DNA of 64,000 bases from an uncultured delta proteobacterium. Lineage in GTDB: Bacteria > Desulfobacterota > RBG-13-43-22. Location: contig CAWBOS010000015.1 of the NCBI GenBank assembly GCA_963790475.1, positions 32,001 through 96,000 of the forward strand, in the 5' to 3' direction. A program made the position numbers and the translations under genes. Of the stretch, positions 1 through 8,736 are shown in pieces (the first letter of the stretch is position 1; each line of letters opens with the position of its first letter). The notes below the pieces were generated by a model. The model was not told the origin of the DNA, did not search any database, and was given only the letters and a program-made list of their open reading frames with translations.

Positions 1-176
1 GCGGATGTTACGATGCGGTGGGCGAGCCTATCGGCTGGCAGAAAATTATAGAAAACGTCATATTGTTGGGCTTTACTATCCATGTCTTCTTTTTTGACCG
101 ACTTTTCCTGTTTCGCCGGGGAGGCCGGACCGATCCGGCAAAAATCACTGTTCCTCCTTCTAACGCCTCACGATAG
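1..176 (+). CDS. 3' end of probable MauE/DoxX-family membrane protein (partial, runs off window)
   Basis: Manual translation from nt 3: GCYDAVGEPIGWQKIIENVILLGFTIHVFFFDR...*; matches the (C)GC...IGW..I.(R/E)(D/N)..LL C-terminal pattern of MauE/DoxX proteins. Confidence 0.5.
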   Translation, partial: GCYDAVGEPIGWQKIIENVILLGFTIHVFFFDRLFLFRRGGRTDPAKITVPPSNASR

Positions 177-530
177 GTGTCTTATATGTTAATTAAGCCA
201 AATTCCTTTTTCCGTTTTCGGCTGTTGTCCTTCGTCCTGCTTTTGATCTTCGTAATCTCCTGTGGATCAAAAGACAAGGTCGCCGGGGTCTACAAGGCAG
301 AGGGAAAAGACTCGCCTAAACAGGTCGAAACCCTGGTCGAGCTCAAACCCAATGGGGACGGGGCCTGGAAGATAGGCGACGAAGAAGTCCCCTTCTCCTG
401 GTATATCAAGGGCGGTGAGCTTAGAATCAACACCAAAGGGGGCGGGGTCATCGTCGGCAGCATTGAAGGGGATACCATTCAGATGACCATCCCGGGCACC
501 AAGAAAATGGCCTTTAAGAAAATCCAGTAA
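177..530 (+). CDS. small hypothetical lipoprotein
   Basis: Basic N-region, hydrophobic stretch and lipobox-like VISC; beta-rich mature part. Confidence 0.65.
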   Translation: MSYMLIKPNSFFRFRLLSFVLLLIFVISCGSKDKVAGVYKAEGKDSPKQVETLVELKPNGDGAWKIGDEEVPFSWYIKGGELRINTKGGGVIVGSIEGDTIQMTIPGTKKMAFKKIQ

Positions 531-870
531 TTACTCCGGGCTTATCGGATTCACCGCATTTTTTTACTGATGACCTGGAGGGCCGCATCCAAAGAGAGGG
601 GAGCGAGTGCGGATCACTGATCAACCCATCGATGTCGATGACCCGGCACCACCTTTTCTCGAAACGTTTTGGTAGAAACCTGAAAGGCAACCTAAACTCA
701 CAGGATGAAATCAAGATAAAAGTACTGATGGCGGAGCATGTGAAATTAACAATGAGTGAGGCTTCGCCTATTTCTGATAAAGGGGAAAAGAAACCAAGAA
801 TTTCTCTCTGATACAAAATCCATTATAGGGGTGGCCGCCAAACCCTGTCATTAGGGGGGGGACATCTACC

Positions 871-3800
871 ATGAACTGTCCGAAATGCAGGAGCGAGAAT
901 TCTGAAGGGACAAAGTTCTGCCGCGAATGCGGCGCCCGGTTGGAAAGGGTTTGTCCCCAGTGCCACGCCGCCAGTCCTCCCCACTTCAAATTCTGCCGAG
1001 AGTGCGGGCATCCCTTGTCCGCATCTTCGGAACCACCTATCCCAAAATCCCTTTCGGAAAAACAGCCGACCCCCTCCCCTCCCCCCCAAGAGCTAACCGA
1101 GAAAATCTTGGCCCAGAGGGGGCGGATCGAGGGCGAGCGCCGTCAGGTGACGGTGATGTTCTGCGATCTGGTGGGTTCTACCGCCCAGACCGAAAAGCTG
1201 GGAGACGAGAAAGCCTTTGCCCTCATCGATGAGCTCTTCGGCATCCTGACACAGCAGGTCCACAGATATGAGGGGACGGTCCAGGAGTTTCGGGGAGATG
1301 GCATTATGGCCCTTTTCGGGGCCCCCCTTGCTCTGGAAAACACTGCCCAGCGGGCCGTTAGCACCTCTCTGGCCATCCACCAGGAGGTAAACCGGTTCAA
1401 CAACCGGTCCCTTGAGGGATCCCGAAGCCCGGCCATCCGCATGCGGATCGGAATCCATACCGGTCCGGTCATTCTGGGCAGCATCGGCAGCGATCTGCGT
1501 CTGGAGTTCCAGGTCATCGGTGATACGGTAAACCTGGCCGCCCGGATGGAAGCGCTTGCAGAACCGGGAACCACCTATCTGACTAAAGAGACCTACCGAC
1601 TGGCTAAGGGCCTGTTTCATTTCCAGCCCGTGGGGGAAAAAGTAGTTAAAGGTAAGGAAAACCCGATTTCCGTCTACAAGGTTCTTTCCGCCAAAGAAGA
1701 CGTGTACCGCCCTCGTTTGGGTTCTGAGCGGCAGATTTACTCCCGGATAGTCGGAAGGGACAGCGAGCTGAATAAGCTCGAGCTTCAGGTGATGAAAGCG
1801 GTCAACGATCAGGGATCAGTCGTTAATATTATCGGCGAAGCTGGTATTGGAAAATCGCGGCTCCTGGCAGAGTTGAAAAATCGGGAGGTAATGAAAAGGG
1901 TAACCCTCATGGAGGGAAGGGCGATTTCCATAGGCAAAAATCTGAGCTTTCACCCGATTACTGATCTTTTGAAACAATGGGCGGGCATCAGGAGTGACGA
2001 TGGCGAGGCCAAGACTTTTGACAAACTCCAGGCTGCCATAAAAAGGGTCTTTCGCGAAGAGTATAGTGAGGTGCTTCCTTTTGTGGCCATCCTGATGGGG
2101 ATGAAGCTGCCCGGAATCCATGCCCAGAGGGCAGAAGGGATAGAGGGCGAAGCCCTGAATAATCTGATTCTAAAAAGTGTAAGGGATCTGTTGGTCAAGG
2201 CGACGGAACTGACTCCTCTGGTGATGGTGATCGATGACTTGCATTGGGCTGACACCAGTTCCATCGAGCTCATGGAATCCCTTTTTCGCCTGGCAGAGAC
2301 ACACAAGATTCTTTTCATCAATCTTTTTCGGCCCGGCTACCAGGAAACCGGAGACCGCTTAGTTGAATCCCTCAAAGACCGCCAGGTGAACTACTATGTC
2401 GAAATAGTGCTGGAGCCCCTGCCGGAAAAAATGAGTGAAGCCCTCATCGGCAACATGTTGAACTTCAAAGAGCTTCAACATGCCTGGGTCACCGGCATCG
2501 TAGAGAGAACTGGAGGCAATCCCTTCTTTATTGAAGAAGTCGTTCGCTCCCTGATCGATGAACAAGCGCTTTTGCCGAAGGGAGGCGCATTTCATTTGAC
2601 CGATAAAGCGGCAACCATCTCTATTCCCAACACTATTGAAGAGTTACTGATGACCCGGATCGACCGGTTGGAGGAGCAGACCCGTGACCTGGTGAAGGAC
2701 GCATCGGTAATCGGAAGGTCTTTCTTCTATCGCATCCTGGCCAAGGTGGCCTCCGAAATCGAAAATATCGATGCCCGGCTCACCTATCTGCAGGAAATTC
2801 AGCTCCTCCGGGAACGATTGAGAATGGGCGAGTTAGAGTACCTCTTCAAGCATGCCCTGGCCCAGGAGGTGGCTTACGAATCCATTCTGCCCCTGAAAAG
2901 AAAGGAGCTTCATCTAGCGGTAGCCCAAGCCATAGAAAAGGTCTTTGAGGAAAGACTCCATGAATTCTACGGGATGCTCGCCTATCATTATTGCCAGGCC
3001 GAAAGTCTGGAGGAGGCCGAGGAGTGCCTGATCAAGGCTGGGGAGGAGGCCCTGAGATCAGCCGCCTCAGATGAGGCCCTGCATTATTATGAGGAAGCCC
3101 TCCAGCTCTATCTGAAAAAGTCCGGCAAAGACGCCCATCCCGAAAAGCTGGCCATGTTGGAGAAGAATATTGCCCTGGCTCTGTATAACCGGGGGCAGCA
3201 TCAAGAGGCCGTTAATCATTTTGAAAAGGCCCTGGATTATTACTGGCGGAAATTACCGAAAAGTGCGGTTTTTGTGACAGTCAAACTCTTTTCGGCGTTA
3301 AGTCACTTCTTCTTAGCCTTGTACCTGCCAACCATGAAGTTCAAGAAGACACCGTCAGAGCGGGATATCGAAATCGTCGATCTATTTTTTAAGAAGATCA
3401 ATTCGATCTCATTAACCGATGCTAAGAGATCTTTCATTGAGTATTTCCACTTGTTCAGGTTTATCAGTCTCTTCAACCTTCGTAAATTCAGAGATGGTTA
3501 TGGAATCTTCTCCATGTCCAGTGCTTTGTTTGCCTACTCCGGAATTTCATTTGCTTTGAGCAGAAAAGTCTTAGATTCCATTAGAAACAAAGTCGACAAA
3601 AACGACCCTATAAACCAGATAATGTTTGGGATTTGTGAAACAGTGTATCTTTTTTTGGGAGGGGACTGGAAAAATTTAAAGGACTATGATGGTGAACTGG
3701 TAGAACAGAATTGCAGGATTGGGGAAATTTATAATGTTTCACAATACTTGTTCTGGAATGGGCTTGGTGCGATCTGCCGAGGTTATTTCGACAAAGCCGA

Positions 3801-4551
3801 GGAGATTGCGAATAGATTGCATGATCTCTACGAAGTCTATGGGAATGTACTTTCCGAAATTTTTAGATACGAAGTCAGTACCATGCTGCTGATCGAGTCC
3901 GGTAAACTTGATGAGGCAAAAGTTGAATCCGAAAAGGGAGTTGCCTTCGGGCAAAAAACAAATTCAATTTATTGGTGGGAATTGCATTTATGCCAAGCCT
4001 ATATACACATCTCGAGGGGTACAATCGAAAAGGCACAGGAATACCTTGAGCAGGCCGACAGAATTAGGGTTCAAACAGAAACAGCCCCATTGCAATTGTC
4101 ATGGCATTATCAAATTCAATTGGAATTTGACCTTTACCACTTAAGGGAATCAACTAAGAGCGGAAATCGAACAGAAATTGATAAATTCCGAAGAGCAACC
4201 CTCAAGTCTATCAGGGCACTCGAAAAGGTTGCACGAAAAGTAGCCTATCATCGAACCGATTCATACAGGCTTACCGGAGCCTATTACTGGATGATCCATA
4301 AACACGAAAAGGCTCTCGGATGGTGGCAGAAAGGGGTTCAGGAAGGGCAGCGCCTGGGAGCGCGCCCTCAACTGGCCCGGCTGTACTTCGAGGTAGGCAA
4401 GTGCCTGATCGAGGAAAAGGGTAAATATTCAAAACTGGCTGGCCTCGAGGGAAAGGAATATCTGGAAAAGGCCAGGGCATTGTTTGAAGAAATGAAAATA
4501 GAATCCTACCTGGAAGAAATAGATCGAGTTGTCGAGATGAGGAGCCTTTGA
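871..4551 (+). CDS. double zinc ribbon + class III adenylate/guanylate cyclase + STAND-type AAA ATPase + TPR protein
   Basis: CPKC..FCRECG..CPQC..FCRECG; cyclase motifs VMFCDLVGST, FRGDGIMALFGAP, GDTVNLAARME; Walker A GEAGIGKS, Walker B VIDDLHWAD; GGNPFFIEE; YLFKHALAQEVAY; helical TPR-like C-terminus. Confidence 0.92.
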   Translation: MNCPKCRSENSEGTKFCRECGARLERVCPQCHAASPPHFKFCRECGHPLSASSEPPIPKSLSEKQPTPSPPPQELTEKILAQRGRIEGERRQVTVMFCDLVGSTAQTEKLGDEKAFALIDELFGILTQQVHRYEGTVQEFRGDGIMALFGAPLALENTAQRAVSTSLAIHQEVNRFNNRSLEGSRSPAIRMRIGIHTGPVILGSIGSDLRLEFQVIGDTVNLAARMEALAEPGTTYLTKETYRLAKGLFHFQPVGEKVVKGKENPISVYKVLSAKEDVYRPRLGSERQIYSRIVGRDSELNKLELQVMKAVNDQGSVVNIIGEAGIGKSRLLAELKNREVMKRVTLMEGRAISIGKNLSFHPITDLLKQWAGIRSDDGEAKTFDKLQAAIKRVFREEYSEVLPFVAILMGMKLPGIHAQRAEGIEGEALNNLILKSVRDLLVKATELTPLVMVIDDLHWADTSSIELMESLFRLAETHKILFINLFRPGYQETGDRLVESLKDRQVNYYVEIVLEPLPEKMSEALIGNMLNFKELQHAWVTGIVERTGGNPFFIEEVVRSLIDEQALLPKGGAFHLTDKAATISIPNTIEELLMTRIDRLEEQTRDLVKDASVIGRSFFYRILAKVASEIENIDARLTYLQEIQLLRERLRMGELEYLFKHALAQEVAYESILPLKRKELHLAVAQAIEKVFEERLHEFYGMLAYHYCQAESLEEAEECLIKAGEEALRSAASDEALHYYEEALQLYLKKSGKDAHPEKLAMLEKNIALALYNRGQHQEAVNHFEKALDYYWRKLPKSAVFVTVKLFSALSHFFLALYLPTMKFKKTPSERDIEIVDLFFKKINSISLTDAKRSFIEYFHLFRFISLFNLRKFRDGYGIFSMSSALFAYSGISFALSRKVLDSIRNKVDKNDPINQIMFGICETVYLFLGGDWKNLKDYDGELVEQNCRIGEIYNVSQYLFWNGLGAICRGYFDKAEEIANRLHDLYEVYGNVLSEIFRYEVSTMLLIESGKLDEAKVESEKGVAFGQKTNSIYWWELHLCQAYIHISRGTIEKAQEYLEQADRIRVQTETAPLQLSWHYQIQLEFDLYHLRESTKSGNRTEIDKFRRATLKSIRALEKVARKVAYHRTDSYRLTGAYYWMIHKHEKALGWWQKGVQEGQRLGARPQLARLYFEVGKCLIEEKGKYSKLAGLEGKEYLEKARALFEEMKIESYLEEIDRVVEMRSL

Positions 4552-5543
4552 TGGAACGCAGGATCGCTGATTTACGGTCATTCTGCTCCCGGGTCGATTT
4601 TGGCCCTGTAGACCTCTCCCGAGAAGAAGAAGAATTCCGTGGGGAGCTGAACCGGGAAATGCTCTCGTTCTGTCAATGCCTGCCGAAATCTATGCGAACG
4701 AAGGCAGCCCTGTTCTTGATGGAATACCTGCACGCCTCCTTTAGGGAGGGCCTTAATTTTGTCAACTACTTCTACGCCCCGGCCTGGTCGATCCTTTTTT
4801 GGCTTCATCGATCCTGTCCTAATAACAGGAAACTGACCCCAAAATATTTAAAAGATGCAAATACCGGCCATACCATGGCCATGTTCCTTCATGCCTTCGA
4901 CGACCATCTTACTGATGGTCAATTGCCTGTTTCAAACCTAGCTCTGCTAATGAGAAGCCACGCCTGGATGATCATGAACCAGGCCTTTGAAAGATTAGCC
5001 AAGGGAGTTGGGAATGGAGAATCAATTGTAATCGATTTTATCAACGATTACTATTCCAGTATCGATTCATCTGACCAAAAGGGATCCCTCGACAGCTACT
5101 GCAAGTTTTTCAGAAAACAGATGGCGACATGGTTGATTGCTCCTGTACTTATCGCAAAAAAGATCAATTCCAATGAAGAGTTTGTCCGCTCTATTGAGAC
5201 AGCCTATTCCTCTTTCGGCATTGCCTATAGGCTTCTCGATGATCTACAGGATATTGAAAAAGACATGATAAAAGGAGTCCATTCTTCCCCATATACTTGT
5301 CTTCCCGCCAAGATGAGGAAAGTTTGGAACCACGTAAAGGAAGAAAAAGCGGATGGAAATGGCGACTATGCCAGGCAGATTCTGAACTACATCCAGAAAA
5401 ATGGGATAATCGATAGAATAAGGAAAAGGATATGCGATGAGCTGGAAACAGCCACATCCAGGGCGGATTCTTGCAAGATGTCAGGCTTCGCTGATGAGCT
5501 TCGTTGTCTTTTGAGACCATTGAAGAATGGGGAGAATCACTGA
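4551..5543 (+). CDS. class I isoprenoid synthase / prenyltransferase-fold protein
   Basis: Two Asp-rich motifs: HAFDDHLTDG (FARM-like) and FGIAYRLLDDLQD (SARM, DDxxD); all-helical; ATG 4551 overlaps the cyclase stop (TGATG). Confidence 0.72.
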   Translation: MERRIADLRSFCSRVDFGPVDLSREEEEFRGELNREMLSFCQCLPKSMRTKAALFLMEYLHASFREGLNFVNYFYAPAWSILFWLHRSCPNNRKLTPKYLKDANTGHTMAMFLHAFDDHLTDGQLPVSNLALLMRSHAWMIMNQAFERLAKGVGNGESIVIDFINDYYSSIDSSDQKGSLDSYCKFFRKQMATWLIAPVLIAKKINSNEEFVRSIETAYSSFGIAYRLLDDLQDIEKDMIKGVHSSPYTCLPAKMRKVWNHVKEEKADGNGDYARQILNYIQKNGIIDRIRKRICDELETATSRADSCKMSGFADELRCLLRPLKNGENH

Positions 5544-6706
5544 TGAAAGGGACCACTTCAGATGAAATCTGTCGAGGAGTGGAGCAAGAAAAACTCTCTA
5601 TCGAAGTGACCACGCGATGCAACGGCTCCTGCCTGCATTGTTTTGCCCGCTCCAATAACTCCAGAAGCTCTACCCTCCCTGTCGATTTGGTCAAAGAGAT
5701 CATAGTCGAGGGATATGATGCCGGATACCGTCACCTCCATATTACAGGGGGTGAGCCCCTGCTTTGGGAAGGCTTGTTCGAGACCCTGGACTATGGCCTT
5801 GGTATCGGATTCGAAACAATCTTCATGAATACCAATGGAACACTCATAACGGAAGAGATCAGCAAGAGACTCGCCGACTACAGCACCTTTTTTTCGATGT
5901 CGATCAGCCTGGATGGGCCCGAAGCCTTGCATGACCGCATACGAGGAAAGGGATCGCACCAAAAAACGATGCTGGGCATTGAGAGGGCTCTCAATAGGGG
6001 AATTGATCTTACCATCTTCACAACGGTTACAAAAAGGCTATTACCCGAGTTGCCGCTATTCGTCGGTGACCTGTTCAAGCGATTTCCCAATATTGACTAT
6101 TTGATTCTCATCCAGCTTATCAAAACGACGAATGTCCCCTTTGCCCTGTCGGAAGAACTTCTTAACCCGGAAGACTTCGTGCGACTGGTGCGAATGGTTG
6201 CCCTTCTGGATGTCGGCGGTTTCCGCGCCATTGTGAAGAAGAACCCTTTGGCCAACGTGGTTTCCAAGATGCTGGAGATGCCTTGGATCCCTCGGGTCCC
6301 TCCCCTTTACCGCGAGGGATGCCTGATTGTCCTGGCCAACAGGCATGTCAGTGTGGTGCACTCCAACAGAAATAGCCTCGGCCGATACACGTCCGGTATG
6401 ATTCGAAAAGTCCTGGACTCCGATGAATATCGCAAAACCGTTGCGCCGGATAATACGACCTGTCCATGGTGCAGTTATGTCCAAATATGTGAAGAAAATG
6501 GAATGATTCGGCCCCCCCATGGGTACGGAGACATTTACGGCGATTCGCCTTTTTGCCGCCGGGTATTGGATAGTCTTGCACAGGATCAACCGATTTTCGG
6601 GGCTAACTTAGGCGGACGCGTACCCTTATCAGCTGATAAGGCGTATACCAAGAAGAGCCGGAACCGGTCACTGACTAAAACGCTAAAAGAAAGGAGGGAT
6701 ATATAA
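5543..6706 (+). CDS. radical SAM protein with partial SPASM-like C-terminus
   Basis: CNGSCLHC (CxxxCxxC), TGGEPLL, TNG, SLDG motifs; C-terminal CPWC-x5-C...C; ATG 5543 overlaps the upstream stop (TGATG). Confidence 0.88.
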   Translation: MKGTTSDEICRGVEQEKLSIEVTTRCNGSCLHCFARSNNSRSSTLPVDLVKEIIVEGYDAGYRHLHITGGEPLLWEGLFETLDYGLGIGFETIFMNTNGTLITEEISKRLADYSTFFSMSISLDGPEALHDRIRGKGSHQKTMLGIERALNRGIDLTIFTTVTKRLLPELPLFVGDLFKRFPNIDYLILIQLIKTTNVPFALSEELLNPEDFVRLVRMVALLDVGGFRAIVKKNPLANVVSKMLEMPWIPRVPPLYREGCLIVLANRHVSVVHSNRNSLGRYTSGMIRKVLDSDEYRKTVAPDNTTCPWCSYVQICEENGMIRPPHGYGDIYGDSPFCRRVLDSLAQDQPIFGANLGGRVPLSADKAYTKKSRNRSLTKTLKERRDI

Positions 6707-6865
6707 AGCCAAGAATAGAGAACAAAACTCTCAACGGTTTTGGCGAAGAGCAAGAGGGCTTTCAGATCGAAAAGAACCCGGTATGAAAAATGGCTCTACG
6801 AGGATCTTCGGCAGGAGACAACCTCATGATTTCAAACATTCAACACAAAAGATAAGGAGGAAAAG

Positions 6866-7108
6866 ATGACAACCAATAGAAAAAGAAGTGATTTCATTAA
6901 CTTCATCATGGATGCTGAAAAAAACCAAAAAATGCTAGACGAGTTTCTGAAAATAAAAGAGGCTAAAAAACTTTACAATTTCTTCAAAAGAAATAACTAC
7001 ATAGACATACCTTTCAATGATTGCCAAGATATACTGAAGGCTATGAGATCTTGGATTGGAGGGGGAGGGAGGGGACCTATCTGTCCCCCTGGAGCAAAGA
7101 TTTACTAA
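6866..7108 (+). CDS. putative RiPP precursor peptide (Nif11-like leader, GG motif, core RGPICPPGAKIY)
   Basis: 80 aa with a strong AAGGAGG RBS, located between two rSAM genes; amphipathic leader FINFIMDAEKNQKMLDEF...NNYIDI resembles Nif11-type leaders; GGGG then a Cys/Pro/Tyr tail. Confidence 0.62.
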   Translation: MTTNRKRSDFINFIMDAEKNQKMLDEFLKIKEAKKLYNFFKRNNYIDIPFNDCQDILKAMRSWIGGGGRGPICPPGAKIY

Positions 7109-7294
7109 TATGAGAACAATGTGTAACTAAGACTCTGGGGCGTGAATATCTGTTCGCTTATCCAAGCTGCCTTGAGCTCGAATTTCGATCAATTGTCTGA
7201 ATTTGGATGAGTTAAAGAGCGGGAGTGAGAAACGAAGGGCGCTATTCGTTTGCCTGGCAGTGGTTGCTTGCAATGACTCGTAGTAATGTGGTCT

Positions 7295-7323
7295 GTCGGT
7301 GGGGTTCCTCAAACCCCACCGAC
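7295..7323. terminator. 12-bp perfect hairpin between precursor and second rSAM gene (attenuator, stabiliser or REP-like)
   Basis: GTCGGTGGGGTT-CCTCA-AACCCCACCGAC. Confidence 0.55.
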
Positions 7324-7364
7324 TCACTTTGTAAATCGATTCGACCTAGAAGAAGAGGCTATTT

Positions 7365-8726
7365 GTGATTAAAATCCTCAAGTCAGATTTCAATTCTGTT
7401 GCATTCAGCACGGAATCATTGACCTTGTACCCGTTGCCGGCTCGGATTGGTGAATCTCTTATGGATAACGAGGAGTATACTTCAGAACATTTACCGGAGA
7501 CATTTAAGGATGATTACATCAATGACAATCCGGTGAAAATCAATCGGCTCCTATTATTAGTGGCACAAACCTGTAATATCAAATGCTCTTATTGTATTGC
7601 CGAAGCTTACATGGGACCATATTCTGTAGATCAAATTATGAGCCCGACTACCGCCTGTGTCGCGATTGAGAAAGTGTTCAAAAGCGCACCGGATGTTTCG
7701 GAGGTTATTTTTTTTGGAGGAGAGCCTTTGATGGGTTTTGCTACCATCAGGAAAGCGGTACAAGCCAGCGAAGAATACTGTGGGGCGCATCAAATTCGGA
7801 AGCCCTCTTTTTCTATCACCACCAATGGAACATTGATAAACCAAGAAATGATCGAATTTTTTAAGGAACATAATTTCTCGGTGACTATTAGTTTGGATGG
7901 CCCTCCGCACATTAATGATAAGCAACGCCGGTTTCCGTCAGGAAAAGGCACTTATGACTTGGTCAAGAAGAAAATTGATCTGCTTTGCAGTTCGGGCTTA
8001 GAGTTCGGAATAGAAGCCGTATTCACGGACCGCCATAGGGAATATAAAGAGACCATTGAATCGATCTACAAGTTTCTTCTTAGATTGGGTGCCCGGGAAA
8101 TTAGCCTGACCCCTCCTATAGGGGGATCACCGGACGAATGGATTAATCGGGATTTGTTGACCGATTTGGAACAAAGCTATGTTTCTTCGACCGAGAAGAT
8201 TATGGAAAGTTGGTTGAGCGACTCTCCGATTAGAATGCCTTATTGGATCGACATGTTAAAAACGCTCGTATCCCGGGAGGGCAAAACCCATTTCTGCGAT
8301 GCCGGTTACGGGGGGATTGCAGTGGACTGCACCGGGAGAGTATTTCCCTGCCACGCCGTTATGGGCAACAGCCTTTATATGGGAAGCGTCTACGACAAAG
8401 AGTTCCCCGGCGAGGACTTCAGAAGGGTAGCGCTGCGGATGCGCCAGACTTCAAAGGACAGCTTTCCCAAGTGTCGCGGATGTTGGGCCAAGAATCTGTG
8501 CTCTCCATGCTACGGTGATACTTTTGTTAAATCCGGAACTCTAAGTGCACCCCGAGAAAGTATATGTATAATAATTCGCTCGGTTGCCAAAGCTATATTG
8601 CTTAAGGTGGCGGAATTCATGTCTGATGAAGAGAAATGGAAAAGGTTCACTGAGGTTTTTAATCTTTCACAGTTTTATTTCGATATGGACCACAAAGATT
8701 TCAATACAGCCCATCATTCAAAATAG
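7365..8726 (+). CDS. radical SAM/SPASM peptide maturase (anSME/SCIFF/QhpD-like)
   Basis: VAQTCNIKCSYC, FFGGEPL, TTNGT, SLDG; full SPASM: CDAG..VDCTGRVFPCH...CRGCWAKNLCSPC...C. Confidence 0.9.
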   Translation: MIKILKSDFNSVAFSTESLTLYPLPARIGESLMDNEEYTSEHLPETFKDDYINDNPVKINRLLLLVAQTCNIKCSYCIAEAYMGPYSVDQIMSPTTACVAIEKVFKSAPDVSEVIFFGGEPLMGFATIRKAVQASEEYCGAHQIRKPSFSITTNGTLINQEMIEFFKEHNFSVTISLDGPPHINDKQRRFPSGKGTYDLVKKKIDLLCSSGLEFGIEAVFTDRHREYKETIESIYKFLLRLGAREISLTPPIGGSPDEWINRDLLTDLEQSYVSSTEKIMESWLSDSPIRMPYWIDMLKTLVSREGKTHFCDAGYGGIAVDCTGRVFPCHAVMGNSLYMGSVYDKEFPGEDFRRVALRMRQTSKDSFPKCRGCWAKNLCSPCYGDTFVKSGTLSAPRESICIIIRSVAKAILLKVAEFMSDEEKWKRFTEVFNLSQFYFDMDHKDFNTAHHSK

Positions 8727-8736
8727 GAGATCAATC

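Noticed and set aside
8584-8736. N-terminal extension of the S53 ORF in the ORF track
   Set aside because: Overlaps rSAM-2; true start is ATG 8737 with an RBS
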